Of a stretch of 64,000 nt of DNA, positions 27,363 through 41,199 are shown piece after piece. Within the stretch, counting starts at the first letter, position 1. Each line of letters starts with the position of its first letter. Source of the DNA: Mustelus asterias. Taxonomy: Eukaryota. Location of the stretch: assembly GCF_964213995.1 (NCBI RefSeq), contig NC_135820.1:13144001-13208000 (forward strand), written 5' to 3'. Made by a program: the position numbers and the translations under genes. Below the pieces are notes generated by a model. It was not told the origin of the DNA. It searched no databases and saw nothing but the letters and a program-made list of their open reading frames with translations.

Positions 27363-28629
27363 TGCATGCTCCATATCTTCCCATGGGTGCTTAATTCAAC
27401 TCTATTTTTGCGAACAGCAAAAACGATCCTTTGACAGTCAGAAGTCTGGACAATATATTTCGAGAAAAATTAAGTGCATTTCATTAATGCATTGAAATGA
27501 CACAGTTGCACTGATACCATTCGAACTATGTTATATTAATCATCCAATATAAGTTATTAATGCCTTCATGTCGGCGGAATTAATATCTTTGATAAGTTAT
27601 TAATTCCTTCATGCCACTTAATTCTGGATTGTGAAAAACCTTTTGCAGGTGGTGTTCGGCTTCTCAGACATTGGTACCCACAGTAGTCAAGACGTTTTTT
27701 AATGCTTTGCTCTTCAGCTGAGCTACACTTGAACGATTATTATTTCTACAGGCTTGATTGATGTTTTAATGCCATGGAGCAGAAATTTGATAGAGTTGGG
27801 ACTGGAAGAACCCAACAAGCTTAAAACGTACGTTGGTTCATTATTGCAAATTACAGACTGTGGCGATATCCAACCATTCAATGATGGGTTTGAAGTTGGA
27901 ATACCTTAAATCACACATAATTTGCAACTGAGTTTCTTAACAAGGAAACTGAAATCTTCACAGTGTGTCATCATTTCATGATAGTAAACATGACATATTA
28001 AATTGAGCTGTCGTGCAATCAAGCAAGATGAGGATTTAAAACATGCAAGCGGTTGCAATACTTTCCCATGACTACATTATCAGTGGTGACGTGAAGTGGT
28101 CTGGAACTTCACATTTCGAGGTGTCGTGATCACCCACAACCTATCCTGGTCCTTCCACACGAACACTATTCTTAAGAAAGCCGACCTATGCCTTTAATTT
28201 CAACAGGCTTAAGAAACAAGGCATTTCTCGCCAGTTTTTTTTTTCAAATGCCCCATAGGAAGCATCATTTCAGAATGTGAGGTAAAGTAATGTTTATTTA
28301 TCAGTCAAAAGTAAGGCCTAAATTAACACTGCAATTAAGCCACTGTGAAATGCATCTGGTCGCCAAACTCCGGCGCCTCTTCGGTTCAATGCACCTAACT
28401 AGCACATCTTTCAGACCTTCATTTCTGAAGAAAAATTTTGTTTTTTCACTGGGAGTAAATGTACCTCGGTCTTTCTCATTGTCCATTTGATCTGTTAGGG
28501 TACGAGTGCGAGAAACATGTGAAAAATTACATACATGGGCAACATAAATAATATTCAAGATCATTCTTCCAGGAGACTAGCTCTTTTAAAAATTGTTGAG
28601 AACCCGCAGAGATCTTGCTAATATTGATA

Positions 28630-28668
28630 TAATAATCATAATAATAATAATAATGGTAATAATAATAA
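28630..28668. repeat. (AAT)n microsatellite
   Basis: Imperfect ATA/AAT repeats. Confidence 0.85.
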
Positions 28669-31600
28669 GATTCCAATGATCTTAAGGAAAAAAAAATATT
28701 CGGCTTCGATTAAACTGGATTACCATCCAACAAATCAAAACCACTGACCAATACCAACGAGGAGCACAAGATCAGCAGATCAATTGAAAACCGCCGCTTC
28801 TGCTTTAACCTGCCAATGTATACATGTTAAAACATTGGAATTCACATTCGATCAGCAGTGCAGATTTGCCCATATTAGAGAGTGCGCTGAACTTCTAGAA
28901 ACTGGCTCATTACGACATCCCCAAGTCATTTTAGGATTCGCGATTAAATGCACACCATGTCACATGATACAGCAACGTGAAATTCAGTGATCCGTCGAAG
29001 TTTCAAGTGATAACCTGCTCAACGTAGCTTATGTGATCCCAATATTCACATTACTATAATAATGCACCTCACATGGACCTGTATTTCAATTAATAGGAGG
29101 TTTCTAAATGCACACTGAGGAGTGGTCCGACACGTCTAAACTGACCATATAACCGACATAACAATGTTTTGATGGACATAAGAAGGAATCAATTGCTGGT
29201 GCTCACTAGTTTTGATTTGAATGATATACAACTCTATGAACATACTATGTACATGATCAAGAGCATTGTTGATTAATTTTGCACATTTTCAATAGAAATA
29301 TCAAATGTATTGTCATCCACTGCCTCCAATTTTAGTATCCCGAAATTCCTGAATACATTTACCCGAACATGTTCCTCCTTCCCAGATGCACCGAAAGTTT
29401 TTTTTTCAATAGGGGTCATATTTATAACTGAAAATATTAGAAATCGCCCCTTGAAAGTTGGCTAAGTAAAACAGCTGAAATTGATTTGGATGTTGTTCAA
29501 TACCCTGGGAAAATGTAAAAGAAACATAATCAATTTAAGAGTCACGGAAGAGATTTGGATTGCAGCGACACTGAATTGCGGGACTTTCAGAAATACTGGC
29601 ATGATGAGTAAATTATTAATCAAAGATACCGCAATAAATATCTTTTCTGAATAGATCAAAATCATGTGTCACGTGCATGATATAAAATAAAACTGGAGAA
29701 GATGAAGTTTGCTGCAAAAAAAACATGGACCTTGAATATGCTTTACGGGAGAAATCTGTCATCCTTACCTTGTCTGACCTGCATGCGGCTCCATACCCAC
29801 GCCAATGCTGTTCACTTTTAATTGCCATCTGCACTGTCCAGGCATACCACTCAGATCGATCCAGCTGCTACGGAATCGACATAGAATTGGAAATGGTAGA
29901 AACGTCAAGAGTGAAGGATGCATCATCCCTCTTACGATCAATGAGGGAAGATATATTTACACATCTACAAAGGGACAAGCAATGGCATCCCGGCCCTGAC
30001 GAGCTTGCAAATACGGGGTCTTCAAGCAACGTTCGGAAACTTCTCGCACAGTTTAACAAACAACAGGCTTAAAGACACATGCTCGTGGAATCATGTTATA
30101 CAGGCAATGCCGAAAGAACCAGCATTAACATTTCTGGATTTGTCCTTTCTTATTGAATTTCGAGATTCAACACATGCAAGCACAGTCTTATAGCTGTAGG
30201 CTGGAATTGCACGGTGATTCATGAATATCAAAACTGAACCCCACAAAAGGTGAAAACATCGGAAAAGCTGGCCATGAATATATCCTGCGAGCACAAACCT
30301 GTTGGCTTTCTCAGTTAATACTTCATCACACCCACCTGCGGAAACGACTATGAGGCCCATCATTAAAATGTTGTTGGAGAAATAAATTTTCAGTCACAAA
30401 CGATGGCTTCATTGCATTAGACCTATCTAGCTGTCACTGTCCGAAAAAGAAAAATATTTGCAAGACTGCAAATTCTGCTGGTGACGAGGAACACAACAGA
30501 ATCGAATGTAGAACTTAAAGCGTCACAGATACAGCTGCCATTGAGTAGACAGGTGGGAATGACATCAAAGCGTCCTTGCAGAAATGAGATATATTGAGTG
30601 CGCACTGCAATATGTGGTGAACAAGGACAACGTGTTGATGGGGTAGAATGAATAGAATTCAAACATTACAAACTATGGCACCCATGTCATGGAATTTGCC
30701 TTTAGTCGCAAGGCCCAGTGCACGAGCTCCATCCATCCAAAGCGATACCATTGCCACCAAACCTTGGCTCCACACTCCTTTTATGCAGAGTGCAAGGAGA
30801 CATGCCAGAAAGAGTATAAGGCATGTCTAACAATTAGATATCAACCTGGCAAAGATGCAATATATGTAAATTCTTTGCCACAGAACCAATTCTGACCGTT
30901 TCGAGTTTTATCTGATTCTTTGTTTATGGGATCATTTAGTTCTGCCCACGACATATTGCACCCTCCACCATAATTTATGTGAAACATAAAAATGGCTGGC
31001 GAGAGTGAACTCAATTGAATTTGAAATCGATTTCATCAAAAGAAATAGGAAACTTAATCACAGGGCGACCCGAAAGCAATTGTAATGGTGACGACGCCAT
31101 TTCAAATAACCAGCATAGGCATACGTCATTGAATCATATAAACAGGAAGGCGGGGAATAGATTGTTTGGCCCTTCGAACCTGCTCACACATTCAATCTGC
31201 TCATGTCTGGTCCTCCAGCTCAATGTCATATGTTGAGTCTTTTGACAGAAACCTTGATGTTGTTGAAACCAGTGCTCTTGCCGCTACTCTAATCAGCCGT
31301 GCTAAAGATGTAAACGGCTTATTGTCCTTATAGTTTAGCCTTCATAGTTTAGTCATTGCGACCCTCCTATCAAATTAGTGATGATCCACTTTCCGAAAAG
31401 CAGGTTTATCATTTCTTAGGTAGCGAGACCGCAACTGCACACACTATGCCAGATGATGTCTCAGCAATGCCCTACATACCAACATATATCATCATCCTCC
31501 TTTTTGAATTCAATGTTATATTGGCAATAAAGGACGTTGTTTGCATCAACCTCACCACTGTAATTTGGTGGAGTAGAAAGACACGCAGGCATCTTTGTAC

Positions 31601-31679
31601 ATCCATAATTTCCAATATATCGCATATTTACGCAATCTCCCCCTATCTGTTCTCCTGACCAAAGTATAAAGTCCTCACA

Positions 31680-33870
31680 TAAGATAAAAGCAAAATACAG
31701 CGGATGCGGGAATCTGAAACAAAAAACAGAAAACGCTGGGAACTCTGAGCAGCTTTGACAACATCTGTGGCTATAAAGAGTCGAGCCAACGTTTCCACTC
31801 TGGAAGAAACTTCGTCAGAGCTGAGAGCAAAGAGAATCAGCAGATATTTATACGATGGGAGTTAGGGGAGGGGTGGCAGAATGGGTCCAGTTGAATTTTA
31901 AGAAGGGACAGAAGACTGCGAATGTAATAAAACGTATCCATTAAGTGACCATAATGCATGAATGACAGAACAGAGGTGCAGATTGTTAAATGACTGCCTG
32001 TGGAATGTGACAGCTGCGCTGTAGAAGGGGGACAGTGGAGAAGCAGAGCTGGAATTGAAAGTGGAAAAATGGAGATGATAAAGAAGGATGATATGATGGA
32101 TGAATATGAAGCAATAAAGTAAAATCAACTCATTGGGAATGTGGTGAAGGTCGAAGAGAAAGTTGTTGAACTCAATGTTCGGCCCAGAATGCTGTGAAGT
32201 GACCAATCGGAAGATGACGTGTTGTTCCTCGAATTTGCGTTGGGTTTCGCTGGAAAATTGGAAAAGGCCAATCACGGATATATGGGCAGGAGAGCAAGGT
32301 GCGTTGAAGTGGCAAGCAGCAGAATGGTCTGGGTCCTGCTTTCAAATGGACCAAACGTGCTCAGCAAAGCGGCACACAATATACTGTTGGGTTCTCTGTT
32401 GTAGAGGACTGCATGGGAGAAGCGAATGCAACAAACCGGATTGAAGTTTGTGCATGAGCAGTGTTGCTTCACCTAAAAGGGGGGTTTAGGGCATTGGACA
32501 ATGAGCAGGGAGGAGTTAAAGGGGTAGTTGTTGCACCATCTACATCTTAGAGATGCCCTGGGCAGAGGGTGAGGTGGTGGATATGATGGAGCAGTGGGCC
32601 AACGTGTCCCTGACAGAATAATCCCTGCGGAATATTGACGGAGTGATGAGGGAAAGATGTGTTGAATAAGTGTGTGATATTGGCATTGGCAGAAATGGTG
32701 GAAGCTGATTTTTTGAATGCTGAAACCATCGAGTGAAAAGTGAAGTCAAGGAGCAGCCTATCGTGAATCTGGGAGGCAGGGGAGGGGTGAGAAAAGTGGC
32801 CCGATGGATGGCGTGAGCGAGGTGTAGGGCCTTGTCAACTACAGTGGGAGGAAAACCAATATTGAGGAAGAAGGAAAACATATTGGCAGCGATATTGTGG
32901 AAAGTTACATCATAATAGCAGAGGCAGCTGAGGTGAAGAACTGACAGAATGGAATGGACTTATTTCAGTATGTTGAGTTTGACAATCTGTCGCCAATGTA
33001 CTTGTGGGAGTTGATCGAATTGTAAAAGATACTTGCGGACAGTTTATCACCAGAAATTGAGACAGAGAGAAGTATGAAAAGATAAGTGCCAGATTTGGAC
33101 AATGTGAATGTGATAGACGGGTGGAAATTGGAAAGAAAATTGTAAAATTATTCCAGATCCAGAAGGAAGCAGGGGGTGACAGTGCAATAGTCGTCGATGA
33201 ACTCATCAATGTGTTGTGGGAGGTGGCCAGAGTACTGGAATATCAATGCTTCAGATAACCAAGAAAGAAACGGCCGTAACTTGCACCATGCGGGTTCCAA
33301 TAGCCTTATATTTTACTTGGAGGAATTGAAACCAGTTACAGAAAACACTGTTGAGTGAGAGAACCAGCTCAGCTGAAGGGAGAAGAATGGTGGTGGACAA
33401 GGATTTTTCAGACGCCTGTTGGAGGAACAAGCAAGGATCTTTGAGATCATGCTGGTGGGGAATGGAGGTTTAGAGCTATTGGGCATCCATCGTGAAGAGC
33501 AGGCTATTCAGCAGGGAAAATTGAAGTTCTTGATAGCTCGAAGGGCATCAGAGGAATCATCGATGCAATTGGGAAGCAGTTGGTCAAGAGGAGAGAGAAT
33601 GGAGCCACGATAGGAGGAAATCAGCTCGGTGGGGCAGGAGCAGAATACACGATTGGCCTACCAGGGCAGTCCTTCTTGAGGATTTTGGAAAGGAGCTGGC
33701 TGTCCGTTGTTGGAAGGCTATGAAATTGGAGGCTGTGTCGCGAATTTTTGCATCAGAGATGATGGCATTGACATTCCTGGAAACAGCGGCATGATGTTCT
33801 ATAGTTGGGTCGTGGTCCGGGGGAGTGAGGTAGAAACATCCGCGAGTTGGCACTAAACATTGGCAAGATC
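31680..33870 (-). mobile_element. Degenerate Penelope-like element (RT + GIY-YIG) with terminal repeat
   Basis: Minus strand shows AIGTRM (G.AMG motif, ~33290), FIDD (~33195) and C-terminal EEQHVIFRL...PNIEFNNF. The terminal segment has a CTGACGA...GAAAC hammerhead-like core. Confidence 0.8.
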
Positions 33871-33939
33871 ACCCTCCGTAGGGCAGGCAACCACGGCACT
33901 GCTCTTTTAGGCTGGTTTTATGACAATCTCTGTTATTTA

Positions 33940-35555
33940 CGGTATATACATCACCCGGACCTGATGGCCTAGATCCAAAGGTAATAAAGGAAGTGGCGGC
34001 GGGGATAGTGGATCCATTGTTTATAATATTCCAAAACATCCTGGGCACAGTACACTTTCCATTGGATTGGAAACATGTTAATGTAAAGCTCTCATTCAAA
34101 AGGGGAGGGAAGCTCTATGTCGCAAATTGCGGACCAGTTAGGTTAACATCTGTTGTTGGGCATCTGTTCGAATCAATTATCAAGAAAGCAGCATCAGGAC
34201 ATTTGGAAAGTCAAAACGCTGTGCTTTAGAGTCAATATGGTGGTATGAAGGTCAAATTATGTTTGAATAAATTTGCTAGAGTTACTTGAGCATGCAACAA
34301 GCGAAGTGGATAATATGATTCTGCACATATAGTATATCTGGACTTCCAGAAAACGTTTGATAAGGTGGCACACAGAAGATTAATTCACAATCTCAGAGCA
34401 CATGGGATTAGGGGTCATTCACTATCTATGGTCGGTTACTGGCTGATGGACAGAATGTGGAGATGGACAGATGTGGACAGAAAACAGAGTTGGCAGACAT
34501 TTTTTTTCTGGATGGCAAATGTATCGAGTGGGGTCCCACAGGGTTGCACCTTTGGCCCCAGCTATTTACAATCTATATTAATGCCTTCGGTACAGAGATG
34601 AAAGTTTCTATAGCCACATATGCACACCAGAGAAAAGAAGGCAGGACAGTAAGTTGCAATGAGATCACAATAACCTTAAAAATGGATATAGATAGGGTAG
34701 GGGAGTGAGTCCAAATGTTGGCAGACAAAGTTTAAGGTGGATGAGTGTGAGGTCATGCATTTCGGGTCGAAAACATGGCAAAGCTACTAAGTATCTAAAT
34801 GGTGAAAGAATTTGGATGCTCCTGTGCAGAAGGATCTGGGTGTCCTCGTTCATGAGTCACAGAAAGCTAGCATGCAGGTGCAACAGCTAATAAAGAAACC
34901 GAATGGAATATTGACATTTATAGAAAAAAAAATTGAATATAAAGGTAAGGAAATATTGTTGCAAATGTACAAGGCATTGGCGGGACCGCACCTGGAGCAT
35001 TGTGCACAGTGTTCGTCTACTAATTTCAGGAAATAAATAATTGCATTGGAGGCAGGTCAGAAGAGGTTGAATAGATTGATTCCAGAGATGAAGGGTTTGT
35101 TGTATAAAGAAAAATTGAACAATTTAGGCCATTACTTTCTGGAAACGAAAAGAATGCGTGGAGATCAAATTGATGTATACATGGTGATACAACTTATGCA
35201 TAAAGTGGACGTGCAGCAGATGATCCCTCCTGTGGGGTATTCTAGGACGAGACGTCATAGTCTTGGTATAAGGGGCAGCAAATTTAAAGCAATATTGCGG
35301 AGAAACTACTTCGCCCAAAGCGTTGTGAATTGCTGGAAATCACTAGGACGAAACTCGGTGGATGCTGTGACATTGAGTTAAATCGTTTTGTTTATAATTG
35401 GTAATGTTTTGAATGTTTATGAGGAGAAGGCAGTAAGATGGGGATTAGGAGCATATCGATTATCGATATGCCATTATCTAATGGCGGAGCGGTCTCGATG
35501 GGACAAATAGCCTAATTCTGCTCCTATATCCTATGAACTTACGAACTTATATGAA
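33940..35555 (+). mobile_element. Old CR1 fragment (RT to 3' tail)
   Basis: SPGPDG, PVRLTSVVG, DFQKTFD, GVPQG and HLEHCAQ motifs. (TATGAACT)n-like tail. Confidence 0.9.
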
Positions 35556-35789
35556 TTTCGGTTAATTTGTTTCACTTCTGTGAGAGACTTTAAACAAACA
35601 TACTTCCAACCTTGCACAGCAAATGCAATGATTGTGTGGTCATTCCCAGCGCCATTTGAAACCCCTTCTCCTTAAATGTAACTTGTTTGTTCCCATCAAA
35701 TTTCTCCTGCTACGTTGAATTGTACATTCTTCCTCATGGAATGCCTCATGTCAGCCTTTCTTTCATCCTTCACACCTTTCTTAAATTTT

Positions 35790-37480
35790 CTTCTTTCTTT
35801 AGTAGACAAGGTTAAGGGGCATCTCAAGGATGTTTGTACATATTTTAAAAGTAAGAGGGTAGCAAGAGAAAGAGTAGGCCCACTCCAGGCAATAGAGAAA
35901 AATTATGCGTGAAACCTCAAAAAGTGGGTGAAATGTGTACATTTTCCGGCTATTCAAGAAGAAAGACATGGTCGATTTTGAGTTCAATGATAGGTGTGTG
36001 AACCCTCTTGTGAACGTCAATGTACGAAAGGAGAAAGTTTGCATAAAGATGGACAATACATGGAGCCGAATGAGATCTATCCCAAGGTTACTGCATGAGA
36101 CAAGAGTTAAAATAGCTGGGACCTTAACATGTATCTTCACATCCGCTTTGAACACAGGTAAGGTCCCAGAGGAATGGAGAATAATCAATGTTGCTCCCTT
36201 TTTTCAGAAAGGAGGCAGGGATAATCCAGCAAGTTATATGCTGCGGAGCCTTGCATCAACGGTGGGGAATGTTTTGGTAAAGATACTGAGGGACAGAGAA
36301 TCTACACATTTGAAGGAAAATTGACTGGTTCGTGGCAGAGGACATGGTTTTTTGCAGCCAATGTAATGTCTTACAAATCGGATGAGGTTTTTGAAGAGTT
36401 GACAAAGAAAAATTACGAAAATTTATATTGACTCCAGTAAGTCGTTTCTGAAGGTCCCATGCGACAGATTGGGACAAGAGCTCAAACCACGTGGCATTAT
36501 GGATGGGCCAGCTCGGTGGATACAGAACCAACTTCGTTGTAGGAGATAGAAAATAGCGGTAGAAGGGTTCTTTTCGGCATGAAGAATTGTGGTGATCTGT
36601 AGAGATTAGTGCTGAAATGACCTACGGGAAATGCGTGTAGTCTGATTATTAAATCTGCGAATGATCCAAAGATTGGCGGAGTTGGTGATAGTGCCGTGAA
36701 TTGTGAGGGGTTACAAGATTTTACAGATAGATTGGAAGATAGATTGGAAACTTGAGCTTTGCAATGGCAGATGGAGGTTAATCCGGTCAAATGCAAGGTG
36801 GTGTATTTTAGCTGACACAATTTATTTATTAATGACACTGTAAATCGCAGAACGATTTGGAACATTAACATTCAAATTGATCTTGGCGTGCATGTTACAA
36901 TTCGCTAAAAGTTGCAACACAATTGGTCATCAAGCTTACTGAGGCATATGGCACGCTTGCCTTAATCAGCCGGGGCATTAGATGCAGGAAATGGGAAATC
37001 ATTTTGCAACTATATAAAATCTTGGTTCACCGCATTTGAATTATTGCACGCAGACTGTTCACCACATTATCAGAGGGAATGGTAAGCTTTGGAGAGTGTG
37101 CAAAAACGTTCAGCAGGATGTTGTCTGTTCTCGAAATTGTTGGCTTGGAGGTGTGGTCGAATAAATTAGGATTAATTTGACTGGAAAGACAGAGTCTGAT
37201 GGGGACCTGATTCAGGTCTATCGAATTATGTGAGGCATGAACATGTTGGATATTCAGAGACATTGTTTATTGGGGAAAGTGTCAATGACAAGAGAGCATT
37301 GTTTTACGGTCGGAGAGAGCAATTCTAAGGGAAATGTGCGTTGTATATTGTTCAGGCAGAGAGTGGTGGGTGCCTTAAATGCACTGCCAAATGATTTGGT
37401 GGAACCAGGCACATTAACAACATCTAAGAGACATCTGGATAGTTACATGATCGTTATGGAAGGAATTGAGTGGAACTGGA
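35790..37480 (+). mobile_element. Old CR1 ORF2 fragment
   Basis: YFKSKR..RERVGP, VPEEWRIINVAPFFQKGGRDNP and RQRVVGALNALP. Confidence 0.85.
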
Positions 37481-37504
37481 ATGATGCTTTTCGGAAAAGA
37501 GATC

Positions 37505-38430
37505 TGTAGCTAGTGGGGTTCCGCAGAGATCAATGCTGGGACCTCTGCTGTTTGTACTATATCAAAATGATCCGGCAGGAAAATTTGAATGATCTGAGTG
37601 TTAAGTTTGTGGATGACACAAAGTTTGGCAGAGTTGCTGATAGTGCCCAGGATTGTCAAAGTTTACAAGATGTCATAGATAGATTGTAGACTTGGGCAGA
37701 TGAAGGTTAATCCGGACTGAATTTATGTATGAATGACACTGTAAATGGCAGAACCCTTTGGAACATTAACATGCAGAAAGATCGTATCCTAAAATTGGCA
37801 ACACAAGTGGCCAAGGTGCTTAATAAGGCATTTGGCATGTCTGCCTTAATCAGCCGGGGAATTAATTGACAGGAGCTGGGAAAACATTTTGGTGAGCTGC
37901 ATTTGGTTTATTCTGTGTCGTTCTCGTCAACACTTTATCAGAGGACCTTGGAGGCTTTGGAGAGAATGCAAAGAATGTTCAACAGGATGTTGCCTCTTCT
38001 CGAACATGTTGGCTCGGAGGGGAGGTCGAATAAACTCGGAATATTTTCATTGGAAAGACGGAAGGAGAAGGGAGACTGGATAGAGGCCGACAAAATTATT
38101 TGAGGCAGAAAGAGGGTGGATACTCAGAGGTTGCATTCGAGGGTGCAAATGTCAATTACAATGGTGCATGGGCTCAAGATGAAAAAGGGGAAGTTTACGG
38201 GACATGTGCAGAGTCGTGTGTGTCTGAAAGGCACTGCCAAAGAATGTGGTGGAACCACGCACATTAGCAACATTTAAGAGGCATCTGGATGGGTACATGA
38301 TTAGAGAGGACATACAGGGATACGGACGGAGTTAGGGCATAGGATTTTATTTGATTAGGGCATGATTGGCACAGGCTTGGAGGGCAGAAGGGCCTGTTCC
38401 TGTCCTGCACTTTACTTTGATGTTTGTTCA
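37505..38430 (+). mobile_element. Old CR1 3' fragment adjacent to the previous copy
   Basis: AGTGGGGTTCCGCAG (GVPQ), KFVDDTK, LERMQR and tail GGGCAGAAGGGCCTGTTCCTG. Confidence 0.85.
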
Positions 38431-40337
38431 AAAACTTTGTACATCCAAGTAACTACCATTAACAAATCGTCAGTACTTTAATAGGAGAATATCAGGGGCC
38501 ATATTTCGCACAGCCCATTGACAGAAAAAAACCAACGTGACTCCGCTGTGATATTTTCATTAAATGCATAAAATACATGATATAATATTGGCCAGGAAGA
38601 CAGAAAGGAAGACTGCGACTCTACTCTGCTTCACAATTACGGCGCACAATATTTTACATCCGAACGTTCACAGCTTGCTTTGATAAATCTATAAATTAAA
38701 GTACAAAAAGCCAACAGCACTAATTCAGCTGGGAACTAGATTGTCCGGATTGAACATTCTGCATAGGCTCGCCAATGGTATTTTAATAAATTCAGAGAGC
38801 AATGGAGCTATCTGAGACACGATTTACACATGCAGAACATTCTGACCACTGAATCGATTTTGATGTCCTCATAATGATATTCTTGGAAAAGCAGCGAGAC
38901 TCTCAACGTTTGGCTCACAGTTTTGTGAGCCCCACAATTTAAATGATTGTTCTTTCATGCAAGATTGTAAGGGGAAAAAAATGTCATTTAGCTTTCTATC
39001 ATTTCGCATGTCTTTAGTAATTACACAATTTTATTATTCCGCGTTGCTTCGACTAATTTGAACATTCTGCTTCAATTGGATCAATGTTAAATTAGTTGCA
39101 ACCACTCCAAGTTCAAATCTGTACATCTGGTGGGAAACTACTATGTGTTCCTGTTTAACTGCTGAATGTTGTACTGATAAAGAGTATTGATCTCACTGGT
39201 GCAATTAACGTTTCTTGTTTTACCTCTTGTTTTAATATAGAGGACAGTGGTGAGACGTGTTCCTGATATCCCTGTCGATGACTTGGGCTAATGATATTTC
39301 GGATGTAATGGAAAGCTACATGCACACTGACTTTTAAGCAAGGCTAAGCGCCATCGCCTGCCGACAATGTTGTTCTGGATGTTTTATTTTTCTATGAAAG
39401 CTGCAATACCCAAACGATTACAATTACACATCGCAGTTTTGTTTCCAATATTCTTTGTAGAACATTTGAATTTTTAAGTTATCGTTCGGCTTCTCGGTTC
39501 ATTTTATTTGAAATGCCTGTTTTCATTTCACAAATAAATATCCATTTTTGTCCAGTCTCAGTAGATTCTAAATCTCCTGCCAAGTCATTAAACTTCAATA
39601 GTTATTAATCCAGGCGCTACGTTCGTCTCGGTTTGTACTCGCCTTTCTTATAATAAGTTATTTCTCCCTGGAAAATTCCAGCACATTCAACAAATCGCAA
39701 TATATCAATGGACATAAAGACCTGAATATAACATCCTGCTGATAACAAGTTTCCTAGCATCCTAATTTTTTTTATGTTTTGGAAGATGGCGAAACGACCC
39801 ATCACCTGAATTTGTAGAGCAGTCGAACAATTCATCTTTCCACAGTTCATTTTGCTGAACATTCAAGACCCGAAGTGACATCCAATGCGTTTTTCTTTCA
39901 ATTCAGTTCTCGACCAAGTTTACGGTACGGTCTCAGTTTCCAAATTCGAGTTCAGAATTATCAGCGTAAATCGAAATATCTTTTGCATGACTTTCTTTGT
40001 CTTTGAATAGCCAGTGAATGGAATGGAATTACTTTACCAATCTTACGCAACTAGTGCTTATCTTATACATGCTTAACAATACGTTCTTATCACGTTCTCC
40101 GGGGAAAGAGAGAAACACAGCTGCTGCAAAGTGTGTTGTTAAGTTCCCTCATTCAAACAACCACTCTGGAAGATTTGTCATTCATTCTCTCAGAAGCGTT
40201 ATGTAACTTTTGGAATCTGTTGGCTCAACGGAGCTGGACTCAGATCAATGCAATAGTGGAAAAAGTAGCCCATTTTATTTGACCCAATTTGCCAACTTAA
40301 ACTTAGCCATTAATATTTTATGGAGGGTGGACATAAT

Positions 40338-40677
40338 TCATAGAATCATAGAAACCCTACAGTGCAGAAGGAGGCCATTCGGCCCATCAAGTCTGCACCG
40401 ACCACAATCCCACCCAGGCCCTACCCCCACATATTTACCCACTAATCCCTCTAACCTACGCATCTCAGGACTCTAAGGGGCAATTTTTAACCTGGCCAAT
40501 CAGCCTAACCCGCACATCTTTGGACTGTGGGAGGAAACCGGAGCACTCGGAGGAAACCCACGCAGACACGAGGAGAATGTGCAAACTCCACACAGACAGT
40601 GACCCGAGCCGGGAATCGAACCCAGGACCCTGGAGCTGTGAAGCAGCAGTGCTAACCACTGTGCTACCGTGCCGCCC
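40338..40677 (-). mobile_element. Young full-length HE1-like SINE
   Basis: Nearly identical to 23941-24276, with a (TTCTATGA)-type tail. Confidence 0.95.
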
Positions 40678-41199
40678 CAATTCAGTCGAGCAACTCATCA
40701 TTGTCCCTTAACCATAATGTTATCAAACCCCACCTGTTGCCAGCTAGGAGACCAAAAGCAGTCAGTGCATGACAATACATCTCATAGCAATCTTTCCTCG
40801 TAATCATGCAGCGTTCCGTCATGGAACGACACCACTATCTATTTATGGCCATTCCGTGCCTGGCTGAGTTCTAAACAATGTGCTGTAAATTTCAAATTGC
40901 CTTTCCTTCTTTGAGCTGAACATGCCTACGTCCTGAGCTCACATTCCAATATGTTCACCTACTTGATCCCTCATTGCCTCTGTCAAACTGAAAGTCAAAA
41001 ATGCTGATTTCAAAACATATCGATACTTGTTTGTAATTATATCTGAAGCCTATGCTGCATTGCCCGATTTATTCTGAAACAAATGAACATCTCACACTGC
41101 ACTGTCGAAATTTGAACTGCTAGATGGCTATGCATTATGCAAGACTGCCGATTTTCTTTTGCATAAACTATTATCATCATCAATGTTCGCGACACTTGC

